From the NCBI GenBank assembly GCA_964016885.1, contig OZ024740.1, positions 343,852,001-343,916,000 on the forward strand: a stretch of 64,000 nt of DNA, given 5' to 3'. The notes under the pieces were generated by a model, which saw only the letters and a list, made by a program, of their open reading frames with translations, ran no database searches and was not told where the DNA came from. The position numbers and the translations under genes were made by a program. The DNA comes from Eledone cirrhosa. Taxonomy: Eukaryota. Below, piece after piece: positions 29,861-41,319 of this stretch (the stretch's first letter is position 1; each line of letters begins with the position of its first letter).

Positions 29861-30970
29861 GTTTGTACACGTATACATGAATATGTGTATCACAAACGTA
29901 CTTTGGATGTTATTGGATATGACAAAGACCCATCAGCGTCCATTTAAAGTGACTGCAGCAATGTCCAGGTCGAATCGTTTTCTCGACAGACTTTAGTCGT
30001 AAACGCGTGTCGTTTACGAGCCACGGCGGCCATTATCCAGCGGGTCATTATCTTGTTCACCGTTGAAACTATCCACAAATCTTTTTCGCTATATTACTGT
30101 CCACTTGTCATTCGACCAACCCATCTCCACGATACAACGCCTCCACATTTACCTTCATCGATATTACAGTTTCTTTTCTCTTACACCTCCTATGCTACTG
30201 CTACTTACACCTTCATCTTGTATGAAGGAAATTTTAAAGTCAGAGTTATGATTCACTACACACATTCTCACTGCCATAAACATCCAATGTCTTTCATGCT
30301 TTAATACTTATATTCGCACCAAAAGCAGTCTAGCTTGAATCTATTATAAAGAGCATTTAATTCACACATACACACACACACACGGACACACAACACATAC
30401 ATACACACACTTATTATATTTGCGTATGTATGCCTGTGTATCTTCATAAGCGTGTTTCGGCATGTGTATTTGTGTGCTTTTAAGCATATATCTTATGCCT
30501 ATATAATTACATATATTGTAACACACACATACACAAACATACAAACACACAGACACACACACTCATGCACACAAATAAACACACTCTTATATATATATAT
30601 ATATCTACACATGCATACACATACACACACACGCACACGCACATATATATATACACACAAACACACACACACACAACACACACTTATATTATTTATTTAT
30701 GTTCATACACGGAACAAAAGTGGTACCCAATGAATCAAGGCCCAAATTTGAATACAAGAGGCATCAAAATAGTGACCTTTCTTCATGCGTTAATACGAGT
30801 TTATGTATCGGTATGTTGTTGATGGCCGAGAGAAAAGTATACTCAATATCGAAGTAGAGTTTAAATATTCATTTTATTAAGGCCTAATCAATGATCCTGT
30901 GAGCAGGCGAAACTACACAATAACAAGACTTAATATATAGCTGTATTAATATGAATAGTACAAATATATT

Positions 30971-31046
<76 letters not shown>

Positions 31047-31183
31047 CATATACACACATACATATATATATAATATATATATATATATAATGAAGGAGGT
31101 GTGGTAAGGAACCAGATTGACCATAACGTACCAGAGTACTCATTACTTAGGGTAGTAGAGGGGGTAATCGGAAACGTTTAACC

Positions 31184-31231
31184 CCGACGGCAGAGCTCAA
31201 GCCGTTTCGACGGCTTGAGTTCTGCCGTCGG
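31184..31231. repeat. GC-rich hairpin
   Basis: CCGACGGCAGAGCTCAAGCCGT-TTCG-ACGGCTTGAGTTCTGCCGTCGG forms a 22-bp stem with one G-T pair. Confidence 0.9.
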
Positions 31232-31349
31232 CTTCAAACTTTTACCTATATATATCTATATATATATATATATATAAATATATATATATATACATTAATA
31301 AAAACAATGAATAAAAACAAAAAACATCTCCTTATATTAAAAAATTCAT

Positions 31350-31477
31350 CATTTTACGATCGTTTCTAGGATATATATGTGTGTTGGTATGTATATCATA
31401 TAGATCTATGTAAAAATGTTACAAACTATCAGAGGAAATATACATACCTACACATATATATGCTATCTTCAGAAATA
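31350..31477 (-). ncRNA. Type I hammerhead with long stem II
   Basis: TATTT-CTGAAGA-TAGcATATATATGTGT..GGTATGTATAT...ATATACATACC..ACACATATATATcCTA-GAAA-CGATCG-TA-AAATG. Confidence 0.75.
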
Positions 31478-31605
31478 TTTCTGAAGACAGCATATATATG
31501 TGTAGGTATGTATATTTCCTCTGATAGTTTGTAACATTTTTACATAGATCTATATGATATACATACCAACACACACATATATATCCTAGAAACGATCGTA
31601 AAATG
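31476..31605 (+). ncRNA. Type I hammerhead with long stem II
   Basis: Mirror copy: core 31481-31487, GAAA 31589-31592, palindromic stem III CGATCG, GUA site ending at 31600. Confidence 0.72.
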
Positions 31606-32007
31606 GTGAATTTTTTAATATAAGGAACTGTTTCTTTGTTTTTATTCATTGTTTTTATTAATTTATCTTGACTCTGTTTTCCTGTGATTTTCATCGAGAA
31701 AATATTTGAATACATCTCTTTTCATGATATTTGGATTACATTGAGTTCTTCATACGGATTGGACATTACCGTATATTTTGGTAGATTTATCTACATATAT
31801 ATATATATATATAAAGCTGTTGTTGTCTGTATGTGTGTCCTCATTTTTGCAAAGTCTATACAAATCCACATTTCTATTCCGATTGACTTCAAATTTGCAT
31901 TTATATACTCCTTGCGGTCTAAATATATTAACTGCATCTTTTATTTTTCAAATTTCTGTTGTTAAAGGGGTGTTAGGCGCCGCTTATCCATCTCAGTAGC
32001 GCTCTTA

Positions 32008-32194
32008 TAATTGTTTCTACTTTTGGCACAAGGCCAGCGATTATCCCACTGTATTACTGGTACTTTATTTTGTCGACCCCGTAAGGATGAAAAGCAAAGT
32101 TAACCTCGGCGGGATTTGAACTCAGTCCGTAAAGGGACGTAACTGTTCTGCAACGCATGGCGTCCGACCCTCTACCGATTCTGCCAATCCACCG
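32008..32194 (-). mobile_element. SINE family 1 with TSD
   Basis: TSD CGCTCTTATAAT at 32000-32011 and 32193-32204. Confidence 0.9.
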
Positions 32195-32236
32195 CTCTTA
32201 TAATATCTGTCTGTATGCCTGGCTATCTGACGAATA

Positions 32237-32440
32237 TTGATGACGTATTATGTTCGCTATTTTCCGTTCATTGCCAGGGAACGTTTTCACGAATCAAAGT
32301 ATCGTCTTCCTGTTTTCCTTCGGTTGCAACGTTTTTCGGAATATTTACTTCTGCGTTCAGAGATTGATGTTTTTAGTTTCAGAAGATCCCGTTAAGGATG
32401 AAAGCAACGATTCTTTGCTTAAACTTTAATCTGTTATTTT
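32237..32440 (+). mobile_element. Repeat family B copy, partial
   Basis: Matches 18366-18570. Confidence 0.8.
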
Positions 32441-32442
32441 AA

Positions 32443-33797
32443 TCTATATATGTATATATATATAACACTGAGGAAGGATGTATGTATGTATGTATGTATG
32501 TATGTATGTATGTATGTATGTATGTATGTTTTCTCTTTCTCTTAATTTTGAGTATATTTTTTGACCGGCCACCTTCCTGGTGGCAAGGTTGTAAAAGAAA
32601 AGAAATTGTCATCCCTTGAATCGCAAGAATGTTTTGCAAATTTTGAAGGTGCCAGCTATCGCAGCCATTTGTAGACTATGAATTAGGGAGCTGCGCTTTT
32701 TGTCCGCAAATCCAAGTTCAGTCATACTTTGGTCCAAGCGGGTTGGTATATAACCCGTAGCACCAATAATGATGGGTATGAAGCTAAAGGTGTATCTTGG
32801 ATACTGGATTTGTAAACTCCTCATCAATGGTCCGTAGATGTCCTCCTTCTCCTGTATTTTTCTGACAACGTTTACATCAAGTGGGCAGCTGATCTCCACA
32901 ACAGAACACGTTTTCAATGTGTGGCCCCAAACAACAATATCAGGCCGGTTGTGCTTTAATTTGGTGGCAGTTTTTATTTTCAGGTTCCACCAGTATTCCT
33001 TAGTGCCATCTGTATGTATGTATGTATGTATGTATGTATGTATGTATGTATGTATGTATGTGTGTGTGGGGGGGGGGGGGATGAAACCCGAGAAGTTATT
33101 AACCAATTTTTTTCAAACTTTACATGTGTATTACTTATGTTTCAGGGAGTGTTATGCACATAAAAATTCAACTTTTTGATCCCCTAGGGCCCGCTTAGGT
33201 GAAAAACTGCGTTTGTTCAGTTTTTTGCGGTTTTTGGAAGCGTTACATCAGACCGATTTCCTTGAAATTGTAACTATGTATTAGTCAGTCACTTCTTCAT
33301 ACCGTGAGCAAAGAAAATCCAACTTTTTTTATGGCCTAGGGCTCGCATTAGGTGAAAAACTGCGTTTTTTTCCAGCTTTTATGTTTTTCTTTAGGCGTTA
33401 CGTCAGACCAATTTCCTTGAAATTGTAACTATGTATTAGTCAGTCTCATCTTCATATCGTGAGCAAAGAAAATCCAACTTGTTTATGGCCTAAGGACCGC
33501 AGTAGGTGAAAAACTTCATTTTTTCAGCTTTTTAGGGTTTTTTGAGGCGTTACGTTTAGCCGATTTTCCCGAAATTTCAATTGCACATAAAAAAATTCAT
33601 TTCTTGGTTCCCCAGTGCCCGCATTAGGTGAAAATCTGCATTTTTCCTGCTTCATCGAGGAAAATCTTAAAGACATCAGAGTATTCAGTTTATTTTCTTT
33701 ACATATTGTCCAGGCTCGCGGTTTCCCACGATTAGGTCTGTTGGCGGCCCGCGCTCCAAAATACCTGATCCCGTCCAACGCCGGGTACTACTACTAG
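32443..33797 (+). mobile_element. Non-autonomous Helitron-type element with internal tandem repeats, interrupted by a LINE fragment
   Basis: Starts A|TCTATATA and has a (TGTA)n tract near the 5' end. Units of about 153 bp at 33183-33640. Ends with hairpin CCCGTCCAACGCCGGG then CTAG|T. Confidence 0.75.
32529..33010 (-). mobile_element. 3' fragment of a restriction-like-endonuclease non-LTR retrotransposon (R4/Dong-like)
   Basis: Open frame YWWNLKIKTATKLKHNRPDIVVW..VVEISCPLDVN..KEDIY..PIIIGATG, with stop at 32609. (TGTA)n on both sides. Confidence 0.85.
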
Positions 33798-33807
33798 TAT
33801 ATATATA

Positions 33808-33836
<29 letters not shown>

Positions 33837-33838
<2 letters not shown>

Positions 33839-34219
33839 AGTATTGTATATTGAATAATATGCGGGTAGTTCATGAAAAACATTTGAGGTCCTTCCGCTAT
33901 GAATTTTATATCGCTATGTCGGAAAACTGATACAACACTTTAATTAATGCCCGGCCAGCTACCGCTCCGTATGCAAATGAGTTTAATCATCTTATAAAAA
34001 TAGGTTGAAATCTATGAGAGTCATGCTTACATTCGCTTCAGCAAAAACGGGGAGTTATGTAGTCTCGACAACCGCTAATATGACAGAAACACGTCGATTA
34101 CTTCCCCCTGTTTTTGCTGTGGCTGGGTGTGGGACGATGATCACAACCTTAAACTTTCGTAGCGAAATGCCTTCAAATGTTTGTAAACATCCCGTATATT
34201 ATTCAATATACAATACTTA
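33837..34219. mobile_element. MITE-like element with about 70-bp imperfect TIRs
   Basis: TAAGTATTGTATATTGAATAATATGCGGG... / ...CCCGTATATTATTCAATATACAATACTTA. Confidence 0.7.
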
Positions 34220-34265
34220 CATTTATATGTATATCGGTAAGCGGGAGCACCAATACACACACACA

Positions 34266-34411
<146 letters not shown>

Positions 34412-34964
34412 CACACTGATATATATTTATGTACGTATACTCTAAAGTCTATTCCAAGCGCAGAGGAGTATCGACCCCGGTCTTATATCAATTTCATTGG
34501 TGTTAAATGACTGTGAGTGCAAATTACAAACCTAGTATGGGGCGCAAATCCATCGCAGGTTTAACCTCAAGTTGCTACTGCTACACTTTTCCCTATGTGA
34601 ATGGGCTGGATCAAGGTGAATTAACCTCCTGCTCAATGACAGTACGCTCCGCCGAATTCCGGTTATATGATGTTACGCTCATGACCATAGGAAACTAGCC
34701 ACTAGTTCGTTTGCCTTCACACACACACGCATATATATGTTTGTGTATATATTGATATAGAATGAAAGAACGAGAGTGTGTGTGTGTGAGAGAGGCAGAG
34801 AGATAGAAAGATAGAGCGAGAGAGAGCGAGTGTATGTGTGTATGTATGAGATAGAAAGTGTTTCATATATTCCTTTTTTTGTGATCTACTACGATAAAAC
34901 ACTAGCACGCTAATAACTTTGACGCTGTTTTTAAATATAATAATTGTTTCTATTCTTTAATATA

Positions 34965-35526
34965 ATAATTGTTTATACTTTTGACACAAGGCCAGCAATT
35001 ACCCTAGTGTATTACTGGTACTTTATTTTATCGACCCCGTAAGGATGAAAGGCAAAGTTAACCTCGGCGGGATTTGAACTCAGACTGTAAAGAGGCGTAA
35101 CTATGCTGGAAAGCATGGCGTCCGGCCCTCTACTGATACTGCCAATCCATAATAATTGTTTCTACTTTTGGCACAAGGCCAGCGATTATCTCACTGTATT
35201 ACTGGTACTTTATTTTGTCGACCCCGTAAGGATGAAAAGCAAAGTTAACCTCGGCGGGATTTGAACTCAGACTGTAAAGAGGCGTAACTATGCTGGAAAG
35301 CATGGCGTCCGGCCCTCTACTGATACTGCCAATCCATAATAATTGTTTCTACTTTTGGCACAAGGCCAGCAATTACCCAGTGCATTACTGGTACTTTATT
35401 TTATCGACCCCGTATGGATGAAAAGCAAAGTTTACCTCGGCGGGATTTGAACTCAGAATGGCAAGGGCCGTAACTCTATGCGTCAAAGCATGGCGTCCGA
35501 CCCTCTACCGATACTGCCTATCCACT
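34965..35526 (-). mobile_element. Head-to-tail triplet of SINE family 1
   Basis: Three consecutive units of about 187 bp joined by CCAATCC-ATAATAATTG. Confidence 0.92.
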
Positions 35527-37087
35527 GTATAAACAATTCACTTAGTTATCTTGCAAGAACCAATTTTCTAACGTTTATATTCCCAGCTTCAACGTCGTCG
35601 TATATTGTTCAACTCCTTAAATTTGTTGGACACCACGTAATTTTTTAAATGGAAGTTAACCTTGTAACCTCACAGAATACAGTTCAAGAGAATTATTTCT
35701 ATATTTAAATGCTTTATTTTTGAAAAAAAAATACAACTAATAGAGGCAAAATTTCATTAATGTCATATTTGCAAAATGTTATTAAAAATATTTTAACAAC
35801 TATTACAGAATAATATTTCCATTTTTAAGGACGAAATCTGGTGCATATGATTTCTTCTCTAAATGTCATGTATATACCTGGATACACATATACTTACATA
35901 AATCCTTCAACATCAGCATTGAAGAGGCTGTAAAGAAAGCTGCACAGTAACGTTCACAAATTTAAATTGCTTCCCATTTAATCAAGATCGAATTGTATGC
36001 AAATGATCATCATCCGTCGATGTTTTATTTGCACTATATGCAAATGAGCAATTCCAGCCGATGTTTCATACGCCCCAAAAATATAAAAGTTTTAGTTTTG
36101 CTCGCCTCTCTACAGTAAATATCCCCGATAACGCATACAAATCTAGAAAGGGCTGTCTGTCATTTTCACCAGCTAAGGAGACAGCTGTGACATGATCACA
36201 ACTTTATCATATTCACAGTGAGACTCTTGTATATTCATTATACATAAACATACCGTATATGCTTTCATATACAATCATATTGTGAACCATAATATGTTTG
36301 TACTTCTGCTAAACATATCGGTATCTACAAAATTTGTATATGTGGTCTTCTTGCTTCTAGCTCCTAATCTTGGATTTTCACATAATACCATGTGGTATCT
36401 TATTAATGTGATACTGAATCTATGGTGTAAACATTGACACAAGACCAACGATAAAACATTCGATAGAAATATAAAGTTAATGCTATTTCTACATATATCT
36501 AAATATAGATTAGAAAAGGCTATTTAGTACAGTTAGTGCGACTTTCGAAATTCTAATGTATGGAGACACTATCTATGTTAAGATGATACAATCAAATTTA
36601 TACTGAAGTAAATAGAACTTTGGAGACAAATATTTATGAAAACCTCCGTTAGATAAATCAATGCTGAGGCATACTTAGAATATTTATAATACCTCTGTTT
36701 ACATTAATATATCATTTCTCATCAGCGTGCGTTTATTAATTATTCACGAAACCCTTGGCAAGCAACGTCAGAACTTAACACCTGTTGCTTGATTTCTCCT
36801 CAATGATAACAATAATAATAATATTGATTTTCAACTGAGATACATGAGCACAAATCTATACGAGAAAGGAATAAGTTCGTGTACTATTAATACTTTTCTC
36901 AAGGGATTTTAATGGCATAAGTTAAGAGAATTTCAATTCAGCGGAAATCGCAGTTTTCCACTTGTCCTATATGTACAATAATAATATTAATATTGATTTT
37001 TATCGAAACAATAACATTTCGAAACAATGCAATGTAAAAGATGAAATAAGCCCATTGTTCAGTGTCATCAGTAATTACTGGTAACAC

Positions 37088-37150
37088 CTCTTCTTCTTCT
37101 TCTTCTTCTTCTTCTTCTTCTTCTTCTTCTTCTTCTTCTTCTTCTTGTTC

Positions 37151-37188
<38 letters not shown>

Positions 37189-37274
37189 CTTCTTCTTCTT
37201 CTTCTTCTTCTTCTTCTTCTTCTTCTTCTTCTTCTTCTTCTTCTTCTTCTTCTTCTTCTTCTTCTTCTTCTTCT

Positions 37275-37328
<54 letters not shown>

Positions 37329-37330
37329 TC
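37088..37330. repeat. (TTC)n-(TTG)n-(TTC)n-(TCG)n compound microsatellite
   Basis: Direct reading; possibly the tail of a minus-strand LINE remnant at 37330-37460. Confidence 0.95.
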
Positions 37331-38015
37331 GTCCACTTATGCCTGAGAGGGCCGTAGGACCAGGGTCCTTAAACACTCCTTCCAATGGGTCCTGTCAGAA
37401 GCAATGTCCACAGCTGAAGCTGAACAGTTTCGACTTCGTTTCAACGTCCTCAGTTTGCTCAGGTACTTTGTACGGTGCATTAACTTACACCACCCACAGA
37501 GACCTATTTTTGAGCCTAAGCTTCAAATAACAAACCCTCCCTCCTATTGGGATCCACTCCGTAACACATTCTGAAAGCCGGGGGCTTGTGAGTATCCCCA
37601 CTCCTGCCTGTGCAGTCACTTCTGGCGTCACACCCGATTAGTGAAATTTCCATCCTGCGTTTAACAAATTATCTCATATCGATATCCGCCACCTGTGACC
37701 CGTTCTCTTATAAAACAACTCTGTTAAAAATATATGCAACAATGTATGCCTTCATTAATATATTTCTAAAGAATGTTTAGGCTATACCAGCTAAAATTTA
37801 AATTTTTATCTTTGAATTATTCTTGATCATTGACAAATATAGAAAGTAAAACTAATACTCAAATGTTTATGGAAGTTAGAGAGGTTATATAGCAGAAGGT
37901 AACCCTCGAGTGTAATTATTTACTCTCGTTCATGGAACTAACGAATTTTAAAAAGAGATGAACATTAAAAGGAATCAACTGGAAGGATTAACTATTAAAC
38001 AGTACCAGTGATATA

Positions 38016-38131
38016 ATAATTGTTTCTACTTTTGGCACAAGGCCAGCAATTACCCAGTACATTACTGGGACTTTATTTTATCGACCCCGTAAGGATGAGA
38101 GGCAAAGTTAACCTCGGCCGGATTTGAACTC
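38016..38131 (-). mobile_element. 5'-truncated SINE family 1 with 19-bp TSD
   Basis: TSD GTACCAGTGATATAATAAT at 38002-38020 and 38140-38158. Confidence 0.9.
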
Positions 38132-38684
38132 CCCTCGAGGTACCAGTGATATAATAATATCGTACAATTGACTATATTAAAATTTAATCTTCATAGCTAC
38201 TCTCAGTAGTAAGACCGCATTTTCTTTGCAATTTTGACCCGATGCCAGTCGTGAGTGAGCAGTGTTTTGATTAAAGGTTTTCTATCAGAGACCACGTCAA
38301 ATTATCTTCGGGAATAATGTATCTCCGCCTATGTCACTCAATATGTTCATCTTTCCTAAAATATTAGAGCAAAATTTGAGGGGATTTGACTGTCAATTTT
38401 AGCAGATCGAGAGATATCAAATATTGACTTGGCACCAGTATATTACACTTATTTTATCAACCATTAGTAGATGACAGTCAAAATCTACCTCAGTGGTTGG
38501 CAGCTGTTTTCCACATTTCGTTGATCTTGTGAAATCTCGTAACGTTTAGTTCAGGATCTGGAAGGAGGTATATAAGACAGACGAGGTAGTTGGGTTGTAA
38601 AAGGTGGTTAGTAAATACCTCAAGTTATTTTTTCAGGACCTTTACTGCTTCTGTCATAAAAAAGCTGTTATAAAATATTATTTA

Positions 38685-39545
38685 TCTATATATTAATTTC
38701 AACAATGTCATTATTCTGTCTGTCATAATTGTCGATTATCATTGGTTCATAGGTTTCAAAATCTCCGCCCACCTCAACGACGCCAAACTTAAATTAATAT
38801 GCAAATGCCAATGAGGGAGTGAGAGGGGAGAGAGAGGCAAAGTGAACATTATGTATATGTATCAGTGTAAAGACATGTGTGTGTGTGTGATGTGTGTGGA
38901 AAAAAGAGGGGAAGGAAAGCAATAACTATTAACATGTGTGCGTGTGTATGTACGTGCGCATATGTTTGTGTGTGTGTGTGCGTGCCGCGTTCGACAGAAA
39001 GTAAAATCTATCAACATGTGTGCGTGTGTGTAAGTTTGCGTGTATCTGTGTGTACCTGCGGCATCCCACAATCGCCACGCAGTTTATCTGTCTCTGTGCC
39101 TGTCTGTCAGTCTAACATACATACAGTTGTGAAGGGAGTAAATAGGGACCTTTTTTTACTTTGACGGACATTTTTTATATTAATTATCTATATCTATATC
39201 TACATATAATATAAAAGATTGGAACTTCCATCATCCTTTTGAGAAACGTGGAACAACCACGTCTATGCAATGATACATGTTATACAGTCAGGCAGAAGAT
39301 GAACCATCTCCTACAGGTCACTATTCTAGGTGGGAGCAACTAGAATTGTTCATGTACTATGCACAAATGGTACAACGAAGAATCTGGTATATCTGGAAAA
39401 TATTTTTTTACTGTTTTTTGTATCACACAGACATCACGGACTCGCCTCATACTGTAACCAGACAAACATCCAATACTGTCATATTCTCTTAACCTGTCTT
39501 CTCTTATCATCTGTTTACTCGGGCGAAGCTGGGTACGTCAGCTAG
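38685..39545 (+). mobile_element. Non-autonomous Helitron, unit 1
   Basis: Starts A|TCTATATATTAA; 3' hairpin CTCGGGCGAAGCTGGG then CTAG. Confidence 0.85.
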
Positions 39546-40700
39546 TCTATATATTAATTTCAACAATGTCAGTATTCCGTGTGTCATAATTCTCGATTAT
39601 CATTGGTTCATAGGTTTCAAACGACTCCGCCCACGTCAACGACGCCAAACTTAAATTAATATGTATAATGCCAATGAGGGAGTGAGAGGGGAGAGTAAGA
39701 AACAGAGAGGCAAAGTGAACGCTGTGTTGGATACACTATGTATATGTGTCAGTGTAGAGACAAGTGTGTGTGTGATGTGTGTGGAAATAAGAGGGGAAGG
39801 AAAGCAATAACTATTAACATGTGTGCGTGCGTATGTACGTGCGCGTATGTTTATGTGTGTGTGCGTGCGTGCAGCGTTCCACAGAAAGTAAAAACTATCA
39901 ACATGTGTGAGTGTGTGCATGTGTGTAAGTGCACGGGTGCGTGTATAAGTTTGCGTGCGTCGCTTCTGATTGCGGTGGTAATAAAACCTCATCATATGCT
40001 GAGCGTGGCAAAACGGTTGGATCCTATGGCCGGCCAGGGCTAGATTAATATTGAAAAACGATTCTAGTTCCGAAGTAGAAGGATCTGCCATTTGGTGTTC
40101 AAACCAAGCCACCTCCCCGAGTTGAACTCTGGGCAACATTCACTGTCTATTACTCAGTGGCTAAGAGCCTGGAAATTACTGAATACATTTTTGTGTCATA
40201 TAATTTGTTGTTTTATTATTATAGCTGACCACTTATAGATAAACATGTTATCCGTATCCATATTAATTTTGCATTTGTATAAACCATTTCAAGTAAATAG
40301 GGACCTCTTTTTACATTGACGGACATCTTTTATATTAATTATCTTTATCTATATCTACATATAATATAAAAGATTGGAACTTCCATCATCCTTTTGAGAA
40401 ACGTGGAACAACAACGTCTATGCAATCATACACGTTTTATAGTCAGGTAGAAGATGAACCATCTCCTAGAGGTCACTATACTAGGTGGGAGCACCTAGGA
40501 TTGTTCATATACTATGCACAAATGGTACAACGAAGAATCTGGTATATCTGGAAGATTTCTTTTACTGTTTTTTGTATCACACAGACACGACGGACTCGCC
40601 TCACAGTTTAACCAGATAAACATCCGATATGGTCATATTCTCTTTTACCTGTCTTCTCTTATCATCTGTTTACTCGGGCGAAGCTGGGTACGCCTGCTAG
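39546..40700 (+). mobile_element. Non-autonomous Helitron, unit 2 (head-to-tail)
   Basis: CTAG|TC junction at 39545/39546, same termini as unit 1, ends CTAG|T. Confidence 0.85.
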
Positions 40701-41196
40701 TAACTATAATGCAACAATCTTATAGAGAGGAAAATGAGGCTCTTCGATGGTCATCATTTTCCAAATGTTTTTACGAGTGATAGATGTAATATTAATATGA
40801 TTGAAAAGCGGTTAAATCAAAGAGCTTGCAGGCTAGAGGGCGTGAAATGTGGAAATACAAGCCCACCCATTCTGGACTAATATGTGAACGTGTCTAGTTG
40901 AACGCGTGTCACTGTGTCTCTTAGTGTATGTGTATATCTTAGCGTGATATCTATAAAGAGAGATGAAAAGGGAGATATATATAGAGGTGTGTTTAGCGTA
41001 ACAAAATACCGACTACGGAGTTTCAGAGAGGCGGAGTTCATTGGGTGGTGGTAAGAGGTTATTTACATTTTTTCAAACATTTGAAAGAAACAATGAATAT
41101 GGCTACACGATATATCGTCAGCGATATCTTATTCTCGTTATGGAAAAAAAACTATATATATTATATATATATATTTACACACACACACACACACAG

Positions 41197-41231
<35 letters not shown>

Positions 41232-41281
41232 CGCACGCGCTCACGCACGCACGCACACACACACACACACACACCCACACC

Positions 41282-41319
<38 letters not shown>

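Larger units (their letters stand above)
31294..31662. repeat. Near-perfect palindrome (about 370 bp) of two back-to-back HHR-bearing arms
   Basis: Axis CAGAAAT|ATTTCTG at 31476/31477, with arms of about 183 bp. The left end abuts a TA tract. Confidence 0.92.

Noticed and set aside
36938-37385. Poly-D/E/Q, poly-S and poly-R ORFs
   Set aside because: Compound microsatellite that is open in most frames.
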